Source of the DNA: an uncultured candidatus Porisulfidus sp.
GTDB taxonomy: Bacteria > Pseudomonadota > Gammaproteobacteria > Poriferisulfidales > Poriferisulfidaceae
Assembly (NCBI GenBank): GCA_963668445.1
Contig: OY764335.1
Coordinates: 216,270 to 280,269, forward strand
DNA length: 64,000 nucleotides
Direction: 5' to 3'
Shown here: in pieces, positions 8,342 through 17,544 of the stretch
Position numbering within the stretch: the first letter of the stretch is position 1
Layout: the number at the start of each line of letters is the position of its first letter
The notes under the pieces: model-generated
What the model was told of the DNA's origin: nothing
Seen by the model: only the letters and a program-made list of their open reading frames with translations
Databases searched by the model: none
Program-made: the position numbers and the translations under genes

Positions 8342-9107
8342 ATGAACGTTCAGACCAGCCGCATCGCCGCCCTCCAGATGCAGGGCGGTCGCCAGTACCA
8401 GGAAGACGCATTCGGGCATATCGACCGGCTGGACGGCCGCGACGGGGACTGCCTTCTGGCGGTGGCCGACGGGATGGGAGGGCATGCAGGGGGGGGATGT
8501 GGCCAGTCGGACCGTGGCGGACGCATTCACCGAGCATTATTCCGATTTCTCGGGCTCGCCGGCCGAACGCTTGCGCCAGTGCTTGGAGGCGGCGGATGCG
8601 GCCATCGTCGCGGCCACGGAGGAGAATTTCGAACTCGGCGGCATGGGCGCCACTGCGGTGGCGGTCGTGGTGCGGCAGCAGGAACTGTTCTGGGCCAGCG
8701 TGGGGGATTCGCCGATGTGGCTGTTCCGGCAAGGCGCATTGCGGCGCCTGAACGAGGACCATTCCATGGGCGCAGAACTGCAGAAGCTGGTGGCCGCCGG
8801 CGAGATGACCGAAGAGGAGGCCGCGAACGACCACCGGCAGAACATCCTGCTCTCGGTCGTCATGGGCGACGGCTTCCCGATGCTGGATCTGCCTGCCGAG
8901 CCGATGGCTCTGGAGGCGGGCGACCGCCTGCTGCTGGCCAGCGACGGGCTGCTCACGCTGAGGGAGACGGAAATCGAAGCGCTTCTGCAACGGATGGCGG
9001 GCGACGGGGCGGCCGCGGCCGCGGCGGCATTGCTCCGGGCGGTGGGGGAGGCCGACCGGCCGCATCAGGACAATGCCACGGTGCTGCTGTACGACCATGC
9101 GGCCTGA
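8342..9107 (+). pseudogene. PP2C-family Ser/Thr phosphatase, out of frame at a G8 tract (8489-8496)
   Basis: RQYQED and VADGMGGHAGG in one frame; DVAS, VGDS, DHS, LASDGL, QDNAT in the next; G7 restores the frame. Confidence 0.9.
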
Positions 9108-9155
9108 TTGCGCGGCGCGGCGGCACGAGGGACTTTTGCGGCAGGTCTTCCCGAT

Positions 9156-9506
9156 ATGAGCGCGCCTGATTCGCCGGCGGACAATCCGCTTCTGGACGAG
9201 ACCGGCTGCGCGGCGCATGAGCCGTACGCCTTGCGGGTGCTCGGCGACAGCATGGAGCCGGAGTTCGCGGACGGCTGCATCGTCATCGTCGACCCGGCCG
9301 GGCTCGTGCAGCCGGGCGCGTACGTGGTGGCCCGCGTGGACGAGGAGCCGATCTTCCGGCAGTACGTCGCGGAAGACGGCCGGCATTGGCTGAAGCCGCT
9401 CAACCCCGGCTATGCGGCGGTCGAAATCCCCGACCTTTCCGGCATCGTCGGCGTGGTCACCCAACGGGCCGGGACGCGCCGGTCGCACCGCCGCCACTAC
9501 GCGTAG
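9156..9506 (+). CDS. Stand-alone S24 peptidase-like domain protein
   Basis: ALRVLGDSMEPEF...LKPLNPGY; no HTH. Confidence 0.85.
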   Translation: MSAPDSPADNPLLDETGCAAHEPYALRVLGDSMEPEFADGCIVIVDPAGLVQPGAYVVARVDEEPIFRQYVAEDGRHWLKPLNPGYAAVEIPDLSGIVGVVTQRAGTRRSHRRHYA

Positions 9507-9518
9507 GGCGCGCCGCCG

Positions 9519-9893
9519 CTACGGACCGGTCAGCTCCCGGTAGGCTTCGGCATCCATCAGGTAGTCGCCCAACTCGGGGGCGGCCGCCTCCATTTTCAGG
9601 ATCCAGCCTTGTTCCTGCGGCGAGTCGTTGACCAGCCACGGCTCTTCGCGCAGCTTCTCGTTGACGGCGGTCACGCGCCCGGAGGCCGGCGCGAACAGAT
9701 CCGATGCGGTCTTGACGGATTCGATGACGCCGAACGCTTGGGCCTGCGTCAGTTCCGCGCCGACTTCCGGCAATTCGACGAACAGAATGTCGCCCAGTTC
9801 TGCTTGGGCGTATGTCGTCACGCCGACGGCGGCCGTGCCGTCGGGCTCCGGTCGGAGCCACACATGATCCCGGCTGTAGCAGCATTCGCCCAT
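9519..9893 (-). CDS. gcvH: Glycine cleavage H-type lipoyl carrier protein
   Basis: YAQAELGDILFVELP, IESVKTASDL (lipoyl-Lys), VNDSP..GW. Confidence 0.92.
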   Translation of the reverse strand: MGECCYSRDHVWLRPEPDGTAAVGVTTYAQAELGDILFVELPEVGAELTQAQAFGVIESVKTASDLFAPASGRVTAVNEKLREEPWLVNDSPQEQGWILKMEAAAPELGDYLMDAEAYRELTGP

Positions 9894-9900
9894 GCCGGCC

Positions 9901-10287
9901 TCAGCGCTTCCGCCGGCGGGGACGCGCCTGCCGCATGGCTTCGGCCAGCTGCGAGCGGCCCATGGACGGCAGGCGCTCGGCGGCCTGCTGCGCGAGCATG
10001 CCGAGGTCCTCGGGCGCATCGGATGCCAGTTGCTTCCGGACTCCGGCCAGTCCGCCGACTTGGATCTTCAGCAGCGTGCTGTGCGGCACTTGCGTGCGGT
10101 CTTCGATTTCGTCGAAGGCTTCGGCGCCGATGCCTTCGAAGAACCCCTGCAAGGCTTCGCAGCGGGCGCAGCAGGCGGCGTCTTGGCAGTCGATGCCGGC
10201 GCCTTCGCGGCGCGTGACGCTGGCCGCCTGCCGGCAGGCATGCGTGGCCGCGACGATCAGGCGTTCGAACGGGCAACGCGGATTCAT
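9901..10287 (-). CDS. Cys-rich hypothetical protein (128 aa)
   Basis: ATGA-coupled to upstream reductase; CPFE..C..REG..C..CC..C, PHSTLLKIQVGGL. Confidence 0.75.
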   Translation of the reverse strand: MNPRCPFERLIVAATHACRQAASVTRREGAGIDCQDAACCARCEALQGFFEGIGAEAFDEIEDRTQVPHSTLLKIQVGGLAGVRKQLASDAPEDLGMLAQQAAERLPSMGRSQLAEAMRQARPRRRKR

Positions 10288-11336
10288 GCCGACGAGCCCA
10301 GGCAGCGGGTGTAGGAGTTGCCCCGGATGATCTCGGCCCGCAGCTGCTCGCGGACCAGCCGGCATTCCCGGGCCATGGCCTCGAAGCGGGCCATCACCGA
10401 CTCCGGAGCGCACACGTAGACGTCGAGGCCGGACAGGTCTGGGTGGTCTTCGAGCACTTTCGCTAGCATGGCGGCGACCCGTTCCATGCCGGGCGCGTCG
10501 TCGTCCAGAAGATGTTCCAGCGCTTCGCCGATGACCAGCGGCGTGTAGTCCAGTTCGTCCAGAGCGTCGGTCCAGGAGCGGCACAGGTTGTCCATGTACA
10601 GATCTTCCGGAACGCAGCAGATGCGGTACAAGTGCAGCGGCGTTTCCGATTCGCGGGCCGTGATGTGCTCGAGGATGCTCTTGATGGCGGCGAAGCCGGT
10701 GTCGAAGGCGAGAAACAGCGCCGGGCGCGGCGAATCCTCATCGAACGAGAACCGTCCTTCCGGCGCTTCCACCGTCACGGTGTCGCCCGGGCGCAAGAAC
10801 TGGAAGGCGCGTTCGGAGAAGGCATCGTTCGGCAGGCGGCGGATATGGAAGTCGAGGAACCGCTCGTCGCAAGGGCAGCTGGCGATGGCGCTGGGGCTGG
10901 TCGCGCCGCCGTCCAACGTCAGCACGGCGTACTGCCCGGCCATGAAGCGCAGGCGCTGCGAGCGCGGCACGCGCAGCTTCAGCAGCAGCAGGTTGTCGCC
11001 GGCCGGTTCGGCGAGCTTGACCTTCGCCTGCAAGGTCTGCTTCGGAATGGCGTCGGCGCTTTCGTCCAGCATCGCCTCGATCGTCACATCGCCGGCTGCG
11101 CCGTTGCTGCACATCAGGAAGCTGCCTTGCGTGCGCTCCGCTTGGGTGAAGCTGAAGTCGTGGTGCCGCCGGCTCTCGAGTTCGCCGGCAATCAGGCGGG
11201 CGCGGCACAGTCCGCAGTTGCCGGCGCTGCAGCCGTAGGGCAGGCTGAGGCCGTCGCGGATGGCCGCTTCGAGCAGCGTTTCGTTGCCTTGCGTTTCGAA
11301 CGAGCGTCCAGCGTTCCGGATCCGGACGGTCGCCAT
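10284..11336 (-). CDS. 2Fe-2S ferredoxin / FAD / NAD(P) oxidoreductase
   Basis: YGCSAGNCGLC...LMC, RFMAGQY, SAIASCP, DTGFAAIKS. Confidence 0.9.
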   Translation of the reverse strand: MATVRIRNAGRSFETQGNETLLEAAIRDGLSLPYGCSAGNCGLCRARLIAGELESRRHHDFSFTQAERTQGSFLMCSNGAAGDVTIEAMLDESADAIPKQTLQAKVKLAEPAGDNLLLLKLRVPRSQRLRFMAGQYAVLTLDGGATSPSAIASCPCDERFLDFHIRRLPNDAFSERAFQFLRPGDTVTVEAPEGRFSFDEDSPRPALFLAFDTGFAAIKSILEHITARESETPLHLYRICCVPEDLYMDNLCRSWTDALDELDYTPLVIGEALEHLLDDDAPGMERVAAMLAKVLEDHPDLSGLDVYVCAPESVMARFEAMARECRLVREQLRAEIIRGNSYTRCLGSSA

Positions 11337-11345
11337 GCGCTTCGG

Positions 11346-12365
11346 TCAGGCCGCTTGTTCCATCTCGGGCTGGTAGGCGCCGAGCGCCGCCGCGCCGTTG
11401 AGCCGGGCGCGCTTGGAGATGGCCGCCTGGCCCGCGCCGCGGTTGTCGCCGGACCCGCCCCACGTCTTCATGGCCTGCTGCTGCAGGGCGCGTCCGTAGG
11501 AGAAGGTGACGGCCCACGGCAGGCCGGCGTGCCGATTGATGGCATCCAAGTGGGCGCTGGCCTCTTCGTCGCTCTGCCCGCCGGACAGGAAGGCGATGCC
11601 GGGCACATCTGCAGGTACCGCCTGCTGCAGGCATTGGACGGTCATGTCGGCGACCGCCTGGACATCGGCCCGCTCAGCGCACCGGTCGCCCGAGACCACC
11701 ATGCTGGGCTTCAGTACGATGCCGTCGAGCCATACGCCTTGGCGCTCCAGTTGGTCGAACGTCACTTCCAGCGCCAGCACGGTGGCATCGTAGCAGCGGC
11801 GGATGTCGTGCGTCCCGTTCATGAGCACTTCCGGTTCGACGATCGGCACGAGATCGGCTTCCTGGCACAGGGCCGCGTAGCGGGCCAAGGCATGCGCGTT
11901 GGCTTCCAGGCAGGCGTCGCTCGGGATGCCGTCGCCGATGGCGATGACGGCCCGCCATTTGGCGAAGCGGGCGCCCAAGCCCGCGTATTCGGCCAGCCGG
12001 TCGCGCAGGCCGTCCAGCCCTTCGGTCACTTTCTCGCCGGGATGGCCCGCGAGGTCCTTGGCGCCGCGGTCCACCTTGATGCCGGGCACGATGCCGAGAG
12101 ATTGCAGATGCTGCGGAAACGGCGTGCCGTCGAGCATCTGCTGGCGCAGGGTCTCGTCGAATAGGATCGCGCCGCCGATATGGTCGGCCAGGCCGTCGGC
12201 GGTCACCAGCATGTCGCGGTAGGCGCGCCGGTTTTCTTCGGTGAATTCGATGCCGAGGGCGTCGAAGCGCTTCTTGCAGGTCGGATGGCTCTCGTCCATC
12301 GCCAGAATGCCCTTGCCGGGAGCCACCATGGCCTGCGCCGTGGCGTTCAGGGTGTCGCGGTTCAT
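11346..12365 (-). CDS. fba: Class I fructose-bisphosphate aldolase
   Basis: GKGILAMDES, GIKVD, FAKWR, PIVEPE, FLSGGQS, FSYGRALQ. Confidence 0.97.
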   Translation of the reverse strand: MNRDTLNATAQAMVAPGKGILAMDESHPTCKKRFDALGIEFTEENRRAYRDMLVTADGLADHIGGAILFDETLRQQMLDGTPFPQHLQSLGIVPGIKVDRGAKDLAGHPGEKVTEGLDGLRDRLAEYAGLGARFAKWRAVIAIGDGIPSDACLEANAHALARYAALCQEADLVPIVEPEVLMNGTHDIRRCYDATVLALEVTFDQLERQGVWLDGIVLKPSMVVSGDRCAERADVQAVADMTVQCLQQAVPADVPGIAFLSGGQSDEEASAHLDAINRHAGLPWAVTFSYGRALQQQAMKTWGGSGDNRGAGQAAISKRARLNGAAALGAYQPEMEQAA

Positions 12366-12400
12366 GGGGTGAATGCCGTAGGAAATCAGTCCGAAAGCCG

Positions 12401-12409
12401 ATTATACCA
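12401..12409 (-). promoter_or_regulatory. Extended -10 promoter of fba
   Basis: TGGTATAAT about 36 nt upstream of ATG. Confidence 0.55.
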
Positions 12410-12512
12410 AGACCGCTTTTATGGGCGCATCGGCCCTCGATTCCCGGCCTCGAAAGAGAAGCGGTATGGAACCCGGAATTTGCTGAGGCAAGCAGTCGTC
12501 GGGATGTTGACG

Positions 12513-12659
12513 CTATTTCGGGCGGTATCCTGGCGGCAGCGGCGGCGGCGGCGGCGGCGGCGGCTTGACAACACGCGGAGGCTTGGGGGATACTCCCCTC
12601 TCGGATGTGGATGGATCCCAATCTCGAAGTTCGGGAGGCGGCACTGGTTCCTTGGCCAT
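12513..12659 (-). CDS. Unannotated 48-aa proline-rich microprotein
   Basis: GGAGG RBS 7 nt before ATG; MAKEPVPPPELRDWDPSTSERGVSPKPPRVVKPPPPPPPPLPPGYRPK; starts 21 nt after the DUF6338-like stop. Confidence 0.65.
   Translation of the reverse strand: MAKEPVPPPELRDWDPSTSERGVSPKPPRVVKPPPPPPPPLPPGYRPK
12540..12563. repeat. (CCG)8 trinucleotide repeat encoding poly-Pro
   Basis: Read directly. Confidence 0.9.
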
Positions 12660-12680
12660 GGCTTATCCTCCAGTGTATGG

Positions 12681-13280
12681 TTATGTGGAGTCTGGGGTTA
12701 TGAATTCTATCATCTTTACTTCATCCACAGGAATCAGAAAAGTGCTATTACCTTCTTCGGTTTCAGATGGAGACTGCCCACCGCAAGCCAGCCACTCGCC
12801 CCACGTAATTCGGAAATGGCCTTGGTCCGGTTGACTTGGCCATTCTTCAGGCCATCCGTATAAGCGTCTATGATCCTTCAGGTGCAACACCACGAAGTGT
12901 TTGTCGGCTAGCCGTGCGAACGAGGAGTGCCACTCAGAAGGATAGGAGGTTTCATGGGTAACGCCTATCTGGCGAAGGAATTTGTGCGGAACATCTTTGT
13001 TGGTGCTCCATGCGGCCAGCAGCGCAATCAAGACCGCGATCGAGAGGGAAATAGCAAGACTCCAGCCCTTACTGTATCCGATGGCTCCTTTGTCGGCTTC
13101 CAACACAGGTATCCCATAGACAAGCGCTTGGACCAGCACCGTAAAGATTAGCGCTTGGACGATGAGATCGAACCTGCTCGGTCTAAGGTGCGAAGTCAGA
13201 GAATAGTAGACGCTTGCAGCCACGAAACCGGGCAGCAAGAACATGAGCAAATTCATGGTTTCTCCAGACAGCCAGTCCAT
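12681..13280 (-). CDS. DUF6338-like membrane protein
   Basis: FLLPGF N-terminus, three TM helices, YPSEW, VVLHLKD..LYGWPEEWP, LIPVDEV; lower GC than flanks. Confidence 0.75.
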   Translation of the reverse strand: MDWLSGETMNLLMFLLPGFVAASVYYSLTSHLRPSRFDLIVQALIFTVLVQALVYGIPVLEADKGAIGYSKGWSLAISLSIAVLIALLAAWSTNKDVPHKFLRQIGVTHETSYPSEWHSSFARLADKHFVVLHLKDHRRLYGWPEEWPSQPDQGHFRITWGEWLACGGQSPSETEEGNSTFLIPVDEVKMIEFITPDST

Positions 13281-13325
13281 AGCAGGTTTCCTTAGCTAGT
13301 AATTTTTTGGAATTATATACATGAC

Positions 13326-13688
13326 CTACCGCCAATCAGCCGATTCCGTTCCACAATGCTTCTTGGCCTCGAACGCCTCTGCATATTTCGTACGCCACAG
13401 GATTTGGTCGCCCCAGAACTCGCCAATAGCCATAGCGAGGAACATTCCCTCGGAGCGGCATGCCCCTTTCGCAAGTTGAGGTTTCAGCCACTTGAGAATG
13501 TGGGGATTTGCGTCACGGAAATCCCCCGACAGTATGCCTTTGATCGCCACCTTTGACAGATTATGTGCTTCTTCGCTATGGCGCAGGCTATGCATCGGGA
13601 TGCTGGTTTCCAAGTGTTCCCACATTACAGATTTATCCATTTCGTGCGCATGGACCTCCTTATCAGAGTTAGTCAATGATCTCGCCAA
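13326..13688 (-). CDS. Hypothetical protein in low-GC insert (start uncertain)
   Basis: Open frame co-oriented with neighbours; no recognised motif. Confidence 0.35.
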   Translation of the reverse strand: MARSLTNSDKEVHAHEMDKSVMWEHLETSIPMHSLRHSEEAHNLSKVAIKGILSGDFRDANPHILKWLKPQLAKGACRSEGMFLAMAIGEFWGDQILWRTKYAEAFEAKKHCGTESADWR

Positions 13689-13874
13689 GCGAGGTCCGGG
13701 ATTTTATCCTCCTCAGTCCTCAGGCGGCCTCTCCGGCGAGCCGGAGCCGACGCCTTCCTTTGTTCCAATATGTTGTTGAACCTGCGCAATGCCGAGCGGT
13801 CTGTTGTCGCCTGCAGGCGAGTGCCATTCCTGGCATGATTAAGAATCGCGGTCGCTGCGTCGGGGTGCCTTCGA

Positions 13875-15362
13875 TTATTCGACGGTGCCGCCTTGCGCTT
13901 CGGCCATCGCGCCGACTTCGACGATCTTCAGGGCATTGGTGCCGCCCTGCACGCCGGCCAGATCGCCCTTGGTGATGATGACGCGGTCGCCGTCCTTGAC
14001 CAGACCGCTCTTGCTCAACACGTCGACCAGATCGCGGTTGACTTGCGCATGGTCGGTGCTGATGTTGCGCAAGGTCGCCGGATACACGCCGCGGTACAGA
14101 TTGACGCGGCGGCGCGTCTCAAGGTTTCGAGACACGGCGTAGATCGGGATGCTGGTGCGGAAGCGCGACATCTGCCGTGCCGTGGAGCCGGACTCGGTCA
14201 GCGACGCGACCGCCTTGACTTGTTCCAGATGGTTGGCGGCAAAGACGGCGGAAAGTGCGATGGCTACGCCCGTGTTGAGATGCTTGCTGCTGTCGCGGGC
14301 CAGGTCCGGAATGGCGCCGGCGGTGTTCGTTTCGGAGCCGACGCAGATGCGGCTCATGGCGAGCACGGCTTCGACCGGATGCCGGCCGATGGCGGTCTCG
14401 GCCGACAGCATGACGGCGTCCGTGCCGTCCAGCACGGCGTTGGCCACGTCGAACACCTCGGCGCGCGTCGGCACGGTGCTGGTGATCATCGATTCCATCA
14501 TCTGGGTCGCCGTGATGGCGACGCGGTTGTGTTCCCAGGCCTTGTGGATCAGCTGCTTCTGTACGGTCGGCAGTTTCGGGTCGCCGATTTCCACGCCCAG
14601 ATCGCCGCGTGCGACCATGATGGCGTCCGAGGCTTCCAAGATCTCGTCGATGTTTGCGACGGCTTCGGCGCGTTCGATCTTGGCGATCATGTGCGCGGTG
14701 CCGCCGGCTTCGCGCAGCAGTTCGCGGGCGTAGTAGATGTCGCCGCCGCTGCGCGGGTAAGAGACGGCCAGATAGTCCACGCCGATTTCGGCGGCCAGCC
14801 GGATGTCGCGCTGATCCTTGGCGGAGATGGCGGGGGCCGACAAGCCGCCGCCGGCGCGGTTCAGGCCCTTGGCATCGCTCAGGATGCCGCCGGCGACGGT
14901 CTCGGTCACGATGCGGCCGGACTCCAATGCCTTGACCTCCAGCACCAGTCGGCCGTCGTCCAGCAGCAGCTGGTCGCCGACGCCCACGTCTTCGGCTAGA
15001 TTCGCGTAGGTCAGGCCGACGCTTTCCTGAGTGCCGGCGTCGGTCGCGAGGTCGGGATCCAGCACGAACGGGTCGCCGGGCTGGAGCGTGATCGGGCCGC
15101 CGCGGAATTGGGCGATGCGGATCTTCGGGCCTTGCAGATCGCCCAGAATCGCAAGATGATAGCGCGGTTCGGTCATGTCGCGAAGGCGTTCGGCGCGTGC
15201 GCGGTGCTCGTCCGCCGTGCCGTGCGAGAAGTTCAGGCGGACCACGTCCACGCCGGCATCGATCAGGCCGCGCATCACCTCAGGGTCGTCCGTCGACGGC
15301 CCCAGCGTGGCGATGATCTTGGTGCGCCGGTGGCGCAGGGTGGACGATGCGGGCGCGGTCAT
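13875..15362 (-). CDS. pyk: Pyruvate kinase
   Basis: RRTKIIATLGP, RLNFSHG, DLQGPKIR, MVARGDLGVE, ATQMMESM. Confidence 0.98.
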   Translation of the reverse strand: MTAPASSTLRHRRTKIIATLGPSTDDPEVMRGLIDAGVDVVRLNFSHGTADEHRARAERLRDMTEPRYHLAILGDLQGPKIRIAQFRGGPITLQPGDPFVLDPDLATDAGTQESVGLTYANLAEDVGVGDQLLLDDGRLVLEVKALESGRIVTETVAGGILSDAKGLNRAGGGLSAPAISAKDQRDIRLAAEIGVDYLAVSYPRSGGDIYYARELLREAGGTAHMIAKIERAEAVANIDEILEASDAIMVARGDLGVEIGDPKLPTVQKQLIHKAWEHNRVAITATQMMESMITSTVPTRAEVFDVANAVLDGTDAVMLSAETAIGRHPVEAVLAMSRICVGSETNTAGAIPDLARDSSKHLNTGVAIALSAVFAANHLEQVKAVASLTESGSTARQMSRFRTSIPIYAVSRNLETRRRVNLYRGVYPATLRNISTDHAQVNRDLVDVLSKSGLVKDGDRVIITKGDLAGVQGGTNALKIVEVGAMAEAQGGTVE

Positions 15363-16531
15363 GAGGCGACCGCCTTCAGCATTTCGACGGCCGGCAGCGC
15401 CCGCCCGGCCACGTATTCCAGAAAGGAGCCGCCGCCGGTCGACAAGTACGACACCTTGCTTTTGATGCGCAATTTGGTGATGGCGGCCAAGGTATCGCCG
15501 CCGCCGGCGATGGAGAAGGCCGATGCGCCGGCGATGGAGTGCCCGAGTGCCTCAGTGCCGGCGGCGAAGCGCGGATCCTCGAACACGCCGAGCGGTCCGT
15601 TCCAGATCAGGGTACGGGCCTGATGCACGAGCCGGCCGTAATGGCGGCGCGTCTTCGGGCCGACATCCATGATGCGTTCGCCGCGGCGCACGCCGTCCGA
15701 TGCCCGGGCGACCGGTTCCGCGCGTCCCGGGGCTTCGCAGACGACATCGTGCGGCAGAGGCACGGTGGCGCGGCGCTTGGCGGACGGTTCCATCAGCCAG
15801 CGCGCCAGATCCAGCTGCGCCGGCTCGTGCAGCGAATCGCCGATGTCCAGTCCGGCGGCCGCCATGAATGTGTTGGCGATGCCGCCGCCGACGATCAGTT
15901 CGTCGGCGATTTCGGCCAGATGCTCCAGCACTTCGATCTTGGACGACACTTTGGCGCCGCCGACGATGGCTACCACCGGCCGTTGCGGATTGTCCAGAGC
16001 GCGCTCAAGCATGTGCAGTTCGCGCTGCAGCAGCGGGCCTGCGCAGGCTCGCGGCGCGTAGCGGGCGACGGCGTGCGTCGAGGCATGCGCCCGGTGGGCG
16101 CTGCCGAAGGCATCCATGGCGTACACATCGCACAGCTCGGCCATCTTCCGCCCCAGCGTTTCGCTGTCGCCGGTCTCGCCTTCCAGAAAGCGCACATTCT
16201 CCAGCAGCGTGGCGCTGCCGGGCCGGGCCTGCACCCCGCCGATCCAGTCGCGGGCGAATGCGACAGGCGCATTCAGCCGTTCGGCCAGCGCCGAAGCGAT
16301 CGGCTCCAGTGATGCGGAAGCCTGGTAGATGCCTTCTTTCGGGCGTCCCAGATGCGACATGATCAGCACGCGGGCGCGGGCGCGAAGCAGGCGCCGGACG
16401 GTACCGGCGCTGGCGCGAATGCGGTCGTCCGCCGTGACGCGGCCGTCTTGCATGGGCACGTTGAGGTCGGAGCGTAGCAGCACCCGACTGCCTGGCTTGA
16501 GCGTGTTCGGAAGGCTCGGGAGGGTGCTCAT
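15359..16531 (-). CDS. pgk: Phosphoglycerate kinase
   Basis: [34 protein letters not shown]. Confidence 0.98.
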   Translation of the reverse strand: MSTLPSLPNTLKPGSRVLLRSDLNVPMQDGRVTADDRIRASAGTVRRLLRARARVLIMSHLGRPKEGIYQASASLEPIASALAERLNAPVAFARDWIGGVQARPGSATLLENVRFLEGETGDSETLGRKMAELCDVYAMDAFGSAHRAHASTHAVARYAPRACAGPLLQRELHMLERALDNPQRPVVAIVGGAKVSSKIEVLEHLAEIADELIVGGGIANTFMAAAGLDIGDSLHEPAQLDLARWLMEPSAKRRATVPLPHDVVCEAPGRAEPVARASDGVRRGERIMDVGPKTRRHYGRLVHQARTLIWNGPLGVFEDPRFAAGTEALGHSIAGASAFSIAGGGDTLAAITKLRIKSKVSYLSTGGGSFLEYVAGRALPAVEMLKAVAS

Positions 16532-17544
16532 GCAGGCGCGCGCATCCAGGCGCCGACGACATCCAGCATGCGGTTCGAAAAGCCCCACTCGTTGTCGTAC
16601 CATGAGAGTATCTTGTACAGGTTGCCCGGAAGCTGCTTGGTGAGCGAGGCGTCGAAGACCGACGAAGCGGCGTTGTGGTTGAAATCGATGGACACCAGCG
16701 GGTCTTCGCTGTAGGCCAGCACGTCCTGCAGCGGGCCTTCCGCTGCCGCTCGCATCGCGGCGTTGATCGCTTCGACGCTGGTTTCCTTAGCGGTCGTGAA
16801 GCTCAAGTCTACGACCGACACGTTGATGGTCGGCACGCGCATGGCGAAGCCGTCCAGCCGCCCGTCCAGTTCCGGCAGCACCAGGCCGACGGCGCGGGCC
16901 GCTCCGGTGGCGGTCGGAATCATTGATTGCGTGGCTGCGCGCGCCCGCCGCAGATCACTGTGCGCCACATCGGTCAGCACCTGATCGTTGGTGTAGGAGT
17001 GGATGGTGGTCATGATGCCGGACTGGATGCCGACCGTGTCGAGCAGCACCTTGGCCAGCGGCGCCAGGCAGTTGGTGGTGCAGGATGCATTCGAGACGAC
17101 GGTGTGGCTGGCGCGCAGCTGGTCGTGGTTGACGCCGTACACCACGGTGGCGTCGACATCCGTGCCGGCCGGTGCCGAAATCAGCACCCGAGGCGCGCCG
17201 GCGTCCAGATGGCCCTGCGCCTTCGCGCGGGATGCGAACAGGCCGGTCGATTCGATCACCACATCCACGCCCGCCTCGCGCCAAGGGATGTCGGCCGGGT
17301 TGCGGCAGGCGGTGAACCGGATGCGGTCGCCGCCGACGGTCATGGCGCCGTCCTCGACCTCGATCGGTGTGGCGAACGGCCCATGCGCGGTGTCGTAGCG
17401 GGTCAGATGCGCGCTGGCCTTGAGGTCGCCGATGTCGTTGATGGCGGCAATGCAGATGTCCTGCTGCCGGCCGGACTCGTAGAGGGCGCGCAGGATGTTG
17501 CGCCCGATGCGGCCGTAGCCGTTGATGCCGATGCGAATGCTCAT
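16528..17544 (-). CDS. gap: Glyceraldehyde-3-phosphate dehydrogenase type I
   Basis: [29 protein letters not shown]. Confidence 0.98.
   Translation of the reverse strand: MSIRIGINGYGRIGRNILRALYESGRQQDICIAAINDIGDLKASAHLTRYDTAHGPFATPIEVEDGAMTVGGDRIRFTACRNPADIPWREAGVDVVIESTGLFASRAKAQGHLDAGAPRVLISAPAGTDVDATVVYGVNHDQLRASHTVVSNASCTTNCLAPLAKVLLDTVGIQSGIMTTIHSYTNDQVLTDVAHSDLRRARAATQSMIPTATGAARAVGLVLPELDGRLDGFAMRVPTINVSVVDLSFTTAKETSVEAINAAMRAAAEGPLQDVLAYSEDPLVSIDFNHNAASSVFDASLTKQLPGNLYKILSWYDNEWGFSNRMLDVVGAWMRAPA

Noticed and set aside
7587..9497. 636-aa ORF as a single protein (likewise the long N-extensions on gap, nadB, lpxB and the 2788-4770 ORF)
   Set aside because: The extensions overlap other genuine genes; starts were reassigned from motifs and stop/start overlaps
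11674..12621. Poly-Ala or poly-Arg ORFs through the GGC repeat
   Set aside because: They overlap fba or lack an RBS; the poly-Pro frame has a clear GGAGG and operon position
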